Below are positions 38,221-47,798 of a DNA stretch of 61,880 nucleotides, one piece after another. How positions within the stretch are numbered: position 1 is the stretch's first letter; every line of letters begins with the position of its first letter. Position numbers and translations under genes: made by a program. The DNA is from an uncultured virus (IMG/VR IMGVR_UViG_3300023236_000004). Taxonomy: Duplodnaviria > Heunggongvirae > Uroviricota > Caudoviricetes. Location of the stretch: IMG/VR virus record IMGVR_UViG_3300023236_000004, one strand, 5' to 3'. Below the pieces are notes generated by a model. The model saw only the letters and a list, made by a program, of their open reading frames with translations. It made no database searches and was not told the DNA's origin.

Positions 38221-40096
38221 GTTTGATGTTTTTTATTACGGGCCAAAGCCCAACTTATTTGAATTTGAGAAACCTGCTAGTAGTCTTAGGGATGCGGCAG
38301 ATCAAAGTCGTACACGCTTCTACTGGTATATTTATGGGGGCAATGATTACTCAAATTTTAATTTTAATTTTGTACCTGTGCCGTGGGAAGCAGATCATGT
38401 ACACAGTTTCAGTACGCAATGGCAACGCACAGGCGGAGCATACCTGGCCAGTCCACTTACAGCACATAACGAAGAATACAACTTCCACACCAGTGAAATA
38501 AAACGCATACAAGATAAGACAAACTGGATCACGCCCAAAGAGGTTGATGATACAGACTTTGATTACAGTTGGCATCCTGACGATCTAGAACCAGAATACG
38601 AATACCATTTCCCTACACAGTGGCAACGACAAGGTGGACCTGTGTATCGCGGCACTGCTGGTATTAAGTTTATGAGTAGCCAAAAAGTTAAGACCAACAG
38701 TACGCAAATATTCTACATGGACTTTATGAATGAACAGAGTAAAGATCAACTGGAAAGTTTGCGTGAACAACACCCTACAATAAAAAGCACACGTTACGTG
38801 GATAGTCACTTGAATGTGTTTAAACGTATCATAAACTTAGCCACAACAGAGTATGTGTGGGTTATCAGCAGTCTGTGTGATTACAGCACGTTTGATTTTA
38901 GTTGGCACCCGGACCAAGCACAACGTAACATGATACATGTGTTTCCTAGTGGCAATAATCGTCGTGGTGATACATTCTATATTCGTGTAGAGAGCATCCG
39001 ACAACAATTGTATGAACTAGAACTGCTGGACTGGTTTAATGTGATTAACTATTGCGATGACCAAACTGTGAGATGGTTTCCAATACCAACAGTTGTGTAT
39101 GATCATGATAATCTAATAGAAGAAGTTAAAAATCACGATTTTAAATTTCCCTATACACTGTTTACCAATCAAAAATACCTAAACATGAATTACCATTTTT
39201 GTTTGTGGCATGCCAAGGATCGTGTAGCCAAACGTGTTAGCCTAAGTGGTGCATCAAGTTTAGTACCCAAGGATGTGAAGGTAGATTTAAAAACACAAAT
39301 GTATGACTACCCGTATGTAATAGAGACCAAAGGTGAATATCATGTGCTGGAACAGAATCTTGATATTGTGTACATCAGCAACGGTGAGCCTGACGAACGC
39401 AAGTATTACAACCATTTAACTTACTGTACCTCAGATGAACTGCGTTATGCATTTGATGTTGCCGCGTCAGGTAATAGGCTTACTACAAGTCCTAGAGTAA
39501 AATGGGTGCGTGGTGTTAACGGTAGAACAGCCGCATACCAGGAAGCGGCCAGGCAAAGTACTACACCGTGGTTCTTTGCAGTGTTTGCTAAACTAGAAAT
39601 TAGTCCAGCATTTAATTTTAACTGGCGCCCGGACTATTGGCAAGAGCCTAAGCATTATATTTTTAATAGTGTTAATCCTGTAAACGGGCTGGAGTATGGA
39701 CACCAAGGCATGATTGCCTACAACAAACGTTTGGTATTAGAAAACAACGATCCCGGGATTGACTTTACACTGAGCCAACCACACGAGTCAGTACCACTAC
39801 AGTCAGGCGTAGCACACTTTAACCAAAGTCCTTGGATGACGTGGCGTACAGCATTTAGAGAAGTGCTTAAACTAAAACTGTTTATGGATACAGAGCCCAC
39901 ACTAGAAACAGAGCATAGACTTAAGGTTTGGACCACAGTAGCACATGGCCAACATGCTGAGTGGTGCATTAATGGGGCTAACGATGCTGTGATCTATTAC
40001 AAGAGTGTCGGGGGTAATTATAACAAACTCATGTTAAGTTTTGATTGGGACTGGCTACAACAATACTTTACGAGCCTCTATAAAACTCGTATATAG
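38219..40096 (+). CDS. Multi-repeat glycosyltransferase-like protein, paralogous to 20757..21686
   Basis: Repeated 'S/ATT..FW......DYS.F.F.W.P...H.F' units; C-terminal domain 'DIVYISNGEP...NPVNGLEYGH...WRTAFREVLKL'. Confidence 0.65.
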   Translation: MFDVFYYGPKPNLFEFEKPASSLRDAADQSRTRFYWYIYGGNDYSNFNFNFVPVPWEADHVHSFSTQWQRTGGAYLASPLTAHNEEYNFHTSEIKRIQDKTNWITPKEVDDTDFDYSWHPDDLEPEYEYHFPTQWQRQGGPVYRGTAGIKFMSSQKVKTNSTQIFYMDFMNEQSKDQLESLREQHPTIKSTRYVDSHLNVFKRIINLATTEYVWVISSLCDYSTFDFSWHPDQAQRNMIHVFPSGNNRRGDTFYIRVESIRQQLYELELLDWFNVINYCDDQTVRWFPIPTVVYDHDNLIEEVKNHDFKFPYTLFTNQKYLNMNYHFCLWHAKDRVAKRVSLSGASSLVPKDVKVDLKTQMYDYPYVIETKGEYHVLEQNLDIVYISNGEPDERKYYNHLTYCTSDELRYAFDVAASGNRLTTSPRVKWVRGVNGRTAAYQEAARQSTTPWFFAVFAKLEISPAFNFNWRPDYWQEPKHYIFNSVNPVNGLEYGHQGMIAYNKRLVLENNDPGIDFTLSQPHESVPLQSGVAHFNQSPWMTWRTAFREVLKLKLFMDTEPTLETEHRLKVWTTVAHGQHAEWCINGANDAVIYYKSVGGNYNKLMLSFDWDWLQQYFTSLYKTRI

Positions 40097-41183
40097 TGTC
40101 TACTATACGTTCTACCTCTATGTCAGTGAGTTCAGGGTATATAGGTAGACTTAAACAGTGTTTTGTGAACCGTTCAGTGCTTAAAAACACATTATTTGAC
40201 GCCGCTAGGCCCGTTGGTAGATCATATAGTCCTTGTGTATAGTGAACCTTAGTATCTATGTGGCTGTTGGATAGATAATCTATTAGATCGTGCCTATCTC
40301 GTGAAGGGTATGTTCGAATAACAAATTTGCTCCAGGCATGCTCTGTGAACTCAGTACTGGGCATTGGCACAATTATTTCCTCTGGCATGTTTTCTATCCA
40401 AAAATGGGCAATGTCAGACCTACGCTTCTGCCATGAATCAAAGTGCTGTAGTTTAACTAACATTTGGGCACAGTCTGCTTCACTCATTTTACTATTGGTG
40501 CCCCAATAGCCATGGTCACTGGCTTTACCATTGTCACGTAAATTAAGTACGTGGTACGCAATGTCTTCGTCATCAGTCAACACCATGCCACCGGATCCGT
40601 AACTGTTAAAGTTCTTTGTGGGGTCAAAACTTAATACACTCACAGCACCCATTTTGCCACTGGGTATGTCTTTGTAACTAGCACCAAAACTCTGTGCGGC
40701 ATCTTCAAGTACAGCAACATCCTGGTTAAAGAATTCTGTATGCATTCTAAAACGATCGTAGTCCACAGTGTTGCCAAAAAGATTAACCAGCACAATAACA
40801 TCTGTTGTATGATCAACTCGTGCATTGTAACTGTCTAAATCTATTATTCCGTGATCATCAATGTCGCAAAAATCAATAAAATTATTATTTTGGTTAACAG
40901 CATTTAGTGTGGCCGGAAAACTAAGTGTGGGTAACAGTATATGGCTGTTTTGACTATCCGTTAATGCTTTGGTAGCAAAGGATAGTCCCTGTGTGCCACT
41001 GTTAACTGCAATAGCATGCCTACGGTTGCATCTGAGTGCTATTTCTCTTTCAAACTTTTCTGTATAGTTGCCATCAAGCACTTGCCCACTAGCGTACACT
41101 TGATCAGTAACGTCCAGTAATTCATCTTTAATATCTTGGTACTGTCGCCTGATGCCAAAGAAAGGAATATGGTCAGTAGCCAT
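40068..41183 (-). CDS. DegT/DnrJ/EryC1/StrS family PLP-dependent sugar aminotransferase
   Basis: 'VNSGT', 'EDAAQSFGA', 'SFDPTKN' (PLP lysine), 'GSGGMVLTDD', 'LSLPIYPEL'. Confidence 0.93.
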   Translation of the reverse strand: MATDHIPFFGIRRQYQDIKDELLDVTDQVYASGQVLDGNYTEKFEREIALRCNRRHAIAVNSGTQGLSFATKALTDSQNSHILLPTLSFPATLNAVNQNNNFIDFCDIDDHGIIDLDSYNARVDHTTDVIVLVNLFGNTVDYDRFRMHTEFFNQDVAVLEDAAQSFGASYKDIPSGKMGAVSVLSFDPTKNFNSYGSGGMVLTDDEDIAYHVLNLRDNGKASDHGYWGTNSKMSEADCAQMLVKLQHFDSWQKRRSDIAHFWIENMPEEIIVPMPSTEFTEHAWSKFVIRTYPSRDRHDLIDYLSNSHIDTKVHYTQGLYDLPTGLAASNNVFLSTERFTKHCLSLPIYPELTDIEVERIVDTIYEFYRGS

Positions 41184-42156
41184 ATATTTGACTGCGCCAG
41201 TACTTGCTGGTCTGGAACCAACTTAGGTAACGAGTGAAACCTTCGTTAGCGTCAATCTTGGGATCGTACTCAAAATCTTGCCTAGCACGGTCAATGCTTA
41301 ATCTTCCACGGCTAGGGAAATTCATATCCCTGTCCTCTACTTTGATTGTGCCTGATCCTGCAAGTTTGGTCATTAGTTCAGCGGCTTCTAGTAGTGTTAG
41401 TGTGTGTTGATTACTGCGTGTTAAGTTGTAAATCTTATTAGCGGAAGAAGTGCTGACTGCGGCTTGCGCAATGCCCATAGCTGTGTCGTCTACGTGCGTA
41501 AAATCTAGTCGTTCGTTTGCTCCACGTACAAGTAAATCACCTCCTTTAAGCGCAGAAATGGCAAACTTACTGGCTACACGATCATTGACATCACGTTCTC
41601 CGTAGACAGCACTTGGTCTTATTATAACATACTCTAGACCGTGACGTCTATAGTAATCTTCAACTAATTTCTCACCAGCATATTTCATAATGGCGTACTG
41701 CCCATGTGGTGAGCACACAGCATCCTCGGTCACATCATCTGCAAAGTTACCGTATACCATGCTAGAGCTTATGTAAACAAAACGTTTTACTTGGTACCTT
41801 ACTGCTGACTCCAACAGATGTATAAGCCCAGTTATCATTGTTCTACTGGCTTCTATTGGGTTATCATTTACAACCTTTTGTCTTGGAAAACTAGCAAGAT
41901 GGATAACCACATCCGATCCATCCATGGCTACTCCGTTGGCAGTGTATGGACTTACGATATCTGCCTGCCAACTTTTATACCCTGACGCTGTTTCTCTTGA
42001 TTCTTTAAGATACGCAAGTTCTGCTTCGGGTATAAAACCGTAACTGGTGTGTGAGTCTGCACCATGCACAGTGTGTCCTTGCTCGGATAGGATCCTAACA
42101 ACATTGTGTCCTATAAAACCACAACTACCTGTAACTGATATGTTTTTTGTCTGCAT
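41173..42156 (-). CDS. NAD-dependent NDP-sugar epimerase/dehydratase
   Basis: TGSCGFIG, HLAS, SSSMVYG, YAIMK (YxxxK), 'DFTHVDD'. Confidence 0.92.
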   Translation of the reverse strand: MQTKNISVTGSCGFIGHNVVRILSEQGHTVHGADSHTSYGFIPEAELAYLKESRETASGYKSWQADIVSPYTANGVAMDGSDVVIHLASFPRQKVVNDNPIEASRTMITGLIHLLESAVRYQVKRFVYISSSMVYGNFADDVTEDAVCSPHGQYAIMKYAGEKLVEDYYRRHGLEYVIIRPSAVYGERDVNDRVASKFAISALKGGDLLVRGANERLDFTHVDDTAMGIAQAAVSTSSANKIYNLTRSNQHTLTLLEAAELMTKLAGSGTIKVEDRDMNFPSRGRLSIDRARQDFEYDPKIDANEGFTRYLSWFQTSKYWRSQIYGY

Positions 42157-42403
42157 ATTTTAATAAGAAATAAGTTTCTGCTTCTGGTGATTTGAATTCG
42201 CCATACACCACAACTGTGAAACCTAGATGGGGTGAATCACTTGGTCGACAATAGAATACGCGATCAACAACATTATCCTTAACCCACCGACCTTTTTCTG
42301 TGTCCATGAACTCACCTAGTGGAAAAGACGCATATAGATATGGGTCTTCTACATCACCCATTGTGAGACAGTGTATTAGTTTGTGGTTAGGGTTGGTTGT
42401 CAC
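42125..42403 (-). CDS. Hypothetical protein
   Basis: Fills the space between thyA and the epimerase gene; GTG start abuts the thyA stop. Confidence 0.65.
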   Translation of the reverse strand: MTTNPNHKLIHCLTMGDVEDPYLYASFPLGEFMDTEKGRWVKDNVVDRVFYCRPSDSPHLGFTVVVYGEFKSPEAETYFLLKYADKKHISYR

Positions 42404-43294
42404 TTAAACCGCCATTGGAGCCTTGATTGCTGGATGGCTTTCGTAGCCAATTAGTTTAACATCATCCATGGTAAAATTGTTTATATCTTTTACGTCTGGG
42501 TTAAGTTGTAGTGTTGGAGCAGTTAACGGTTCACGCTTCAACTGTTCATGCACTTGTGGCACATGGTCCAAGTAAATGTGTGCGTCACCTAGTGTATGCA
42601 CAAAGTTACCTGGTTTTAGACCACATACTTGTGCAATCATACAGGTTAGCAAACTATAACTGGCAATGTTAAAAGGTACACCCAAGAACATGTCACAACT
42701 ACGTTGATACATCTGACAACTCAGCTCACCATCAACAACATAGAACTGCGCAAACGCATGACAAGGAGGAAGAGCCATTTGATCAATCTCACCTGGATTC
42801 CAAGCACTTAGTATATGCCTTCTACTGGTTGGATCCTGCTTGATACCTTCGATAAGATTTGCCAGTTGATCCACTGAGTTTTTTGCTTGGGTGTATTCAA
42901 TACCTTTGAAGTTTTTCTTCTCTAGGCTAACTGGTGTGCGCCAGTCCCGCCATTGTACTCCGTATACTCTACCAAGGTCACCATCAAACTTTGCGTTGGG
43001 TTGCCAGTAGTCTGCTTCCGCATTAGCAGTCCATATGGTTTTCTTGTCTGTGTCACGTGTACCATGCAGTATTTCTGCTAGTCTACGTTCGTCACTAGAC
43101 CCTTCGATAAACCATAACAGTTCCGACACAACACTACGCCATGCTAGTTTCTTTGTGGTTACTGCTGGAAAACACTCACGTAAATTGTAGCGTTGTTGCA
43201 TGCCAAACACACTTATTGTTCCTGTGCCTGTCCTGTCCTTTTTCCTAACGCCGCTGTCGAGTACTTGTTCTAGTGCAGTTAAGTATGTTTTCAT
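42404..43294 (-). CDS. thyA: Thymidylate synthase
   Basis: 'DRTGTGT', 'TTKKL', 'ELLWF', 'SRR..SAWN', 'ALPPCH', '[17 protein letters not shown]', 'GDAHIY'. Confidence 0.97.
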   Translation of the reverse strand: MKTYLTALEQVLDSGVRKKDRTGTGTISVFGMQQRYNLRECFPAVTTKKLAWRSVVSELLWFIEGSSDERRLAEILHGTRDTDKKTIWTANAEADYWQPNAKFDGDLGRVYGVQWRDWRTPVSLEKKNFKGIEYTQAKNSVDQLANLIEGIKQDPTSRRHILSAWNPGEIDQMALPPCHAFAQFYVVDGELSCQMYQRSCDMFLGVPFNIASYSLLTCMIAQVCGLKPGNFVHTLGDAHIYLDHVPQVHEQLKREPLTAPTLQLNPDVKDINNFTMDDVKLIGYESHPAIKAPMAV

Positions 43295-43519
43295 ATGTAG
43301 TCAAGTGGCTTTTTTTGGATTGTTGGGAACGAATCAATATAATCAACATTATACGATGTTGGTACTTTAACGATAAATTTATTACTGCTATAACCTAGAT
43401 CAGCAGGCATCAAATCTTCGAACAGTGTTGTGTGATGTGTTTTCCCCACATTGCTTATTGGTTGCTTTATCTATGAACTCTTTTACTAGTTCGTCCATGC
43501 TTGCATATATTTTTGACAT
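43291..43519 (-). pseudogene. Small gene of about 75 codons interrupted by an apparent +1 frameshift (or two tiny overlapping ORFs)
   Basis: The ATG at 43519 overlaps the DHFR stop and that frame ends at 43400. The +1 frame is open from about 43470 to the TGA at 43291, which overlaps the thyA start. Confidence 0.45.
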
Positions 43520-44034
43520 TATTTGTTCTCCTTCAGATTGTTGTTCTTGTATGTACAAAAGTTTAACATACCTGACAGGCTAGGTCTACTACTTCTAATA
43601 GTCATTGAATCCATAAACCTGTTTATGCTTAGATTGACTTCAGTATAGAAACCTGACCCTTTGCGATGTGTAACATACGCCCAGTCAATAATATCCAAGC
43701 AGTCCATTATAATGCCAGGCCCGCCAAGTATGAAGATCTTTTTGTCTGGGTTTGATGTACTCATTTCCACCAAACGTTGTTTGTAGTTTTTGTGGAATCG
43801 GTTTACTCTAAAGTGCTTTGCATGCAATGGGCTAGAACTGATAACACAATTTTCTCGGTCCGGCATAGGTTTGGGCATTTTAGGATCGTCCCAGGTGTTG
43901 CGACCCATTACTACTATATGCCCTAATGTGTGCTCACGAAACCAAGCCATGTCTTCTGGGTCATGATCCCAAGGCAAACTGCCTTTATGACCAAATCCAC
44001 CCAATTGGTCAATACTAAAAATTGTGTATATCAT
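43519..44034 (-). CDS. folA: Dihydrofolate reductase
   Basis: 'G..GSLPW', 'EDMAWFREHT', 'VVMGRNTW', 'PMPDRENCVIS', 'FILGG'; adjacent to thyA. Confidence 0.92.
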   Translation of the reverse strand: MIYTIFSIDQLGGFGHKGSLPWDHDPEDMAWFREHTLGHIVVMGRNTWDDPKMPKPMPDRENCVISSSPLHAKHFRVNRFHKNYKQRLVEMSTSNPDKKIFILGGPGIIMDCLDIIDWAYVTHRKGSGFYTEVNLSINRFMDSMTIRSSRPSLSGMLNFCTYKNNNLKENK

Positions 44035-44366
44035 AAGTCTTTTAGAATTTTATCTGTAACAGGTTGAACAGTCTTTGACAGTTGCGGTACGCTAATGAAA
44101 AAGTCTACGTCATTTATAATGTCATCCATTTCGTCTAGACGTCTTTGTATTTCAACTTCTAAACTCTGTGGATCTTCGCCATCATTTAATAGTTCTTTTA
44201 CATAGATGTTTACACTCGTGCCATCCTTTAGGTTAACACTGATACTATCGAGCACCTGGATAGGAACTTCATCTTTCTCTGTACCTTTAAGGATGGCTTC
44301 CCATTGTGCTTTCTTACTAAGATTAAGCCGTTTGCTTCTTCTTTGCTTTTTTGGTTGTTCCGCCAC
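44031..44366 (-). CDS. Hypothetical protein
   Basis: Coupled ORF with GTG start after GAGG. Confidence 0.65.
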   Translation of the reverse strand: MAEQPKKQRRSKRLNLSKKAQWEAILKGTEKDEVPIQVLDSISVNLKDGTSVNIYVKELLNDGEDPQSLEVEIQRRLDEMDDIINDVDFFISVPQLSKTVQPVTDKILKDL

Positions 44367-44988
44367 GTTTTGCCCCTTTAGCTACACCTGCTTCTGCTTT
44401 TAGTCTCTTTGCTTCTGCAAGCATACCCTTTGCATCTGCTTCCATTCTTTCTGCTTGGGATATCTTTCCTGCATTGATATCGTCATCAGTGAGTGCGCCT
44501 GCAATTAATGCTTCTGCACTGGTGTTGCCTTGAGCTTCACGTGATCTAGTTTCGCCTACTTCGATTGCTTGAGCTTTTCGCGGAGCACCGCTCATGCCTT
44601 TGCTTGATTCAATGTCTGCAAGTCTGTCAACTGCGCTTTGACCTTTGGCCATTTCATCAAGTAAGTCGTTTAGTTCGTCTAACCGTACACTTGAGTTGCT
44701 GGTTGGTGTAACAAGGATTTGGTTAGTAGGAACCTTCTTTAAGAATCCTTGTGAGTGCAATGTGTGTAGACAGTTGGTACCGTCACCCATTATGGTCCTA
44801 AACAACACTTCATTTAGTTCTGTGGTATTTTGTCCTGGTGCACCTTCCAATGCTGCCATTACTTCATCATGCACTAGTCTTGGTAACAGATCACTATAAA
44901 CTACAAGTGCCATGTGATCCAAATCTGGTATGCGTCTAAAAATAATAACACACTTTTTATCATTGTGTTTACCGACGTGTTTAATCAT
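44323..44988 (-). CDS. Hypothetical protein with basic C-terminal tail
   Basis: 221-aa ORF with an AGGAG RBS. Confidence 0.7.
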   Translation of the reverse strand: MIKHVGKHNDKKCVIIFRRIPDLDHMALVVYSDLLPRLVHDEVMAALEGAPGQNTTELNEVLFRTIMGDGTNCLHTLHSQGFLKKVPTNQILVTPTSNSSVRLDELNDLLDEMAKGQSAVDRLADIESSKGMSGAPRKAQAIEVGETRSREAQGNTSAEALIAGALTDDDINAGKISQAERMEADAKGMLAEAKRLKAEAGVAKGAKRGGTTKKAKKKQTA

Positions 44989-45238
44989 CTTTCTTCTCCT
45001 TAGTTAGTGCTGTTTCTGCCTGCGGTTCTGCAGACTGCTGGATAGCACCTGATTCTTGTAAGAATTGAACCAGTTTGTTATACACTGCTCCAACTTCTGT
45101 CATTTCTTCTGCACGGATAGCACCACGCTCTGTGGTTGCCCTGATCAAGTTCATCATTAAAACTAAATCCTGCAATGATAGACTCACGCCTTGCGGTGGT
45201 GTCTTTTCATCATCGGGTGCTGTTTTTGTTTCTGCCAT
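44981..45238 (-). CDS. Hypothetical protein
   Basis: GGAGG RBS before the ATG at 45238; late motif upstream. Confidence 0.7.
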   Translation of the reverse strand: MAETKTAPDDEKTPPQGVSLSLQDLVLMMNLIRATTERGAIRAEEMTEVGAVYNKLVQFLQESGAIQQSAEPQAETALTKEKKDD

Positions 45239-45264
45239 GTTTTCCTCCAATCAATTTGTTAATA

Positions 45265-45270
45265 TATTTA
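45265..45270 (-). promoter_or_regulatory. Late promoter-like motif TAAATA
   Basis: Intergenic, upstream of a GGAGG RBS. Confidence 0.5.
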
Positions 45271-45295
45271 ACTGTGTAACAAAAACCAAAAATTT

Positions 45296-45643
45296 TTATA
45301 GGCGATCAGGTTTGCTTATTTGATCTTTACACATAGCAAACATGGTTGCTTCACTGGGCAATTCAAAAGCGCCACACGCATACATGTGTATTCCGGCTTT
45401 CCAGTTCTTAACTAAAGTGCTGTGTGGTGTACCATTTTCCATAGTATGGGTATTGTCGTTAGTATAGATATCACCAAACCAAAAACGACCTTCTAGATTT
45501 TCCCAAATCCAATCTGTGAATTCTTTATGTGTTTGATGCACATAAAGGTCAAACATCACTTGGGTAAAGTGTGGCGGACAAGTTCCTTCAATCAGTCTAG
45601 TACCGTGTACGTTTAATGGATTGGGGTCGCCATCACGTAACAT
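45296..45643 (-). CDS. Hypothetical protein
   Basis: 115-aa ORF overlapping its upstream neighbour. Confidence 0.65.
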   Translation of the reverse strand: MLRDGDPNPLNVHGTRLIEGTCPPHFTQVMFDLYVHQTHKEFTDWIWENLEGRFWFGDIYTNDNTHTMENGTPHSTLVKNWKAGIHMYACGAFELPSEATMFAMCKDQISKPDRL

Positions 45644-45920
45644 CTTTTGACTCTGCCTTACCGCCTGTGATTATCTGAAACTTATGGTCACCAGCACCAA
45701 TACTGCTGTCTGGACGTACCAGTTTGTCTTCTAATATGTCTTGCGCCTGTGTTACAAAAGTACTCAGCATGTCTGTGTTACTAGTGATCTGTGCTATTTC
45801 ACACGCACGAGCCATGTCGTCTAGTGCGTCTTGCATTTTTAGTAAACGCTCTTCAAGTTCGTATATAATGATCTTGACTTTCTTAGTTGCTTTTAGTGTT
45901 TTAAAATCTGTTAGTTCCAT
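45633..45920 (-). CDS. Hypothetical protein
   Basis: AGGAG RBS; helical composition. Confidence 0.65.
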   Translation of the reverse strand: MELTDFKTLKATKKVKIIIYELEERLLKMQDALDDMARACEIAQITSNTDMLSTFVTQAQDILEDKLVRPDSSIGAGDHKFQIITGGKAESKDVT

Positions 45921-45929
45921 GGTTGCTCC

Positions 45930-46511
45930 TTAGAAATTAATCAACGCTACACTTTGTTCATGAGTATAAACTATTTTCCAACCTTGGTCAACAAGATATG
46001 GTACAGCAGTACCACCTTTACCTGTCCAAGTGTTACCACGTTTAAATGTATCATCTAGTTGTATAACACAACGATCTTGTGCTTTTTTAACACATAGTTG
46101 AGCCTGTAACAGGTGTGCATGTTGACTGTTTGTGTTGTTCATAACAACACCTAGTTCTTGGTAACGTTTTATTTGTCCTTCTACCCACCAAGGCAAGTTG
46201 TCGGGATCATATATGTAATCAAAGTTGTCAAGATAAGCATAGCATATCTTTTCATCTAAGCGATTACGCAAGAACTCTTCACCTGTTAGGCAGTAAGCAT
46301 GACAGTTGTCAATACGGTCACTGTACTGTTTCATTACCTTGTATGCTTCAGAATCAAAGTCTACTGAATAGTGTGTGAACTGAGTACATCCAACCACAAG
46401 ACCAGCAAAGAAGTCGGTTGACCCTTCTCCTCTGCCTGCTCCTATTTCTACTATTGCGCCTTCTAGTTGATCAATGTACTTGAGTATAAACTGATGTGCC
46501 CTGGCCCCCAT
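45930..46511 (-). CDS. Class I SAM-dependent methyltransferase-like protein
   Basis: 'IVEIGAGRGEGST' motif I, 'YSVD', 'YLDNFD', 'QLDDT'; probable ATG at 46511 overlaps the upstream TGA. Confidence 0.7.
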   Translation of the reverse strand: MGARAHQFILKYIDQLEGAIVEIGAGRGEGSTDFFAGLVVGCTQFTHYSVDFDSEAYKVMKQYSDRIDNCHAYCLTGEEFLRNRLDEKICYAYLDNFDYIYDPDNLPWWVEGQIKRYQELGVVMNNTNSQHAHLLQAQLCVKKAQDRCVIQLDDTFKRGNTWTGKGGTAVPYLVDQGWKIVYTHEQSVALINF

Positions 46512-47782
46512 CAACGACCCTTCTTCATTTCTTCTTTCTCGTAATGGGCCCAAATGCCGAATGGTGGTTCACATGTTTCGTTGCCTTTGATAACCCAAAC
46601 AGTTTCGCAATAGTCCGGATCACCCCACGAACCAAATGGATATCCATCTGTAAACATTATGAAACGTTTGGGTTCGATACCTTCTTCTTTCATAAAGTCC
46701 CAGTTGCACTCAAAGTCAGTACCGCCACCACCTGCTAGTTCATAGTCTAGTATGTCTTCGATGTTGTCTGATGTGTATGTTTTAACATTGTACACGCCAG
46801 TATCAAAGCACCATATGGTAATACGGTATTCCTCAAACGATTCCATAATGCTTTTTACTTCACTTAGGAATGCTTTGGAATCTTCATCCAGTATACTTCC
46901 AGACTGGTCAAGTGCAATACACACATCAATCATTTCGCCTGGCTTCATGCCTGGAAGTATACCATCAAAGTGCCAACCACGTCTGTTAACTCGGGCAAAA
47001 CTGTAGTCGTCTTTGTACACAGATTGAATCTGCTGACTGATCAGTTCACGCCAATCAATAACAGGAGCAGTTAAGTCTTTAATAAGACGTCTTACACCTG
47101 ATGGTAAGTTACCCGACCCTGCAGACTGTGCGGCTGATAATACAGCACCACGTATTTCATCTTTGATCTGTTTGGCTTCTTCTGCACTAATCCTAGGACG
47201 ACCGTTACCATCTTGATCATCGTCACCTGCGCCACCACCTTCACCTTCTTCTTCGAGGTGCTCGTCCAACAATTGATCAGCTAGGCTTTCTATATCAATC
47301 TTGTCGGCATTGTCGAACAAGTACTCGTACACTTCTTCGTATGCCCAGCCTCTAAACTTTGGGTCATGAAGTATTGGTACTACGTTAATTTTTTCACCAA
47401 TTCTTTGATCGATAAGGTCTTGGTTAACGCAATAGTCTGCGGCAATGTTACTGAGTTTAGCGTTACGATCATCTTTACGTCCCAAGTGATCATACACTAC
47501 GTGTAGCACTTCGTGTCCTGCTAGGAACTCACACTGTCGTAATGGTAACTTGTCAATAAACTCGGAGTTGTAGTAGAACTTCCTGCCATCCGTGGCGGCA
47601 GTAGGACACCACGCATCAGCATTAACTAAATCCATACGTGATGTAAGTTGTCCAAAGAAAGGTGCTTTCAGCAACAGTCCAATTCGTGCAGTTACCAGTT
47701 TTTCTCTTGCCCTGGCATCTATTGCAGGATCAGTTTCAGTTACTACACTGTCCTGCTTATTAATAACTGTTGAATCACTCAT
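46511..47782 (-). CDS. Metallopeptidase-like (HExxH) plus VWA domain protein (DUF2201-like)
   Basis: 'TAATDG', HEVLH, MIDAS 'DQSGS', 'GGGGTDF', 'FTDGY'; AGGAG RBS before the ATG at 47782. Confidence 0.9.
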   Translation of the reverse strand: MSDSTVINKQDSVVTETDPAIDARAREKLVTARIGLLLKAPFFGQLTSRMDLVNADAWCPTAATDGRKFYYNSEFIDKLPLRQCEFLAGHEVLHVVYDHLGRKDDRNAKLSNIAADYCVNQDLIDQRIGEKINVVPILHDPKFRGWAYEEVYEYLFDNADKIDIESLADQLLDEHLEEEGEGGGAGDDDQDGNGRPRISAEEAKQIKDEIRGAVLSAAQSAGSGNLPSGVRRLIKDLTAPVIDWRELISQQIQSVYKDDYSFARVNRRGWHFDGILPGMKPGEMIDVCIALDQSGSILDEDSKAFLSEVKSIMESFEEYRITIWCFDTGVYNVKTYTSDNIEDILDYELAGGGGTDFECNWDFMKEEGIEPKRFIMFTDGYPFGSWGDPDYCETVWVIKGNETCEPPFGIWAHYEKEEMKKGR

Positions 47783-47798
47783 GTTCGCTCCTTGTAAA

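Noticed and set aside
42404..43294. Thymidylate synthase homolog as a dNMP hydroxymethylase for base modification
   Set aside because: It keeps canonical ThyA motifs including PFN, and sits with DHFR and a dCMP deaminase, consistent with ordinary dTMP synthesis.
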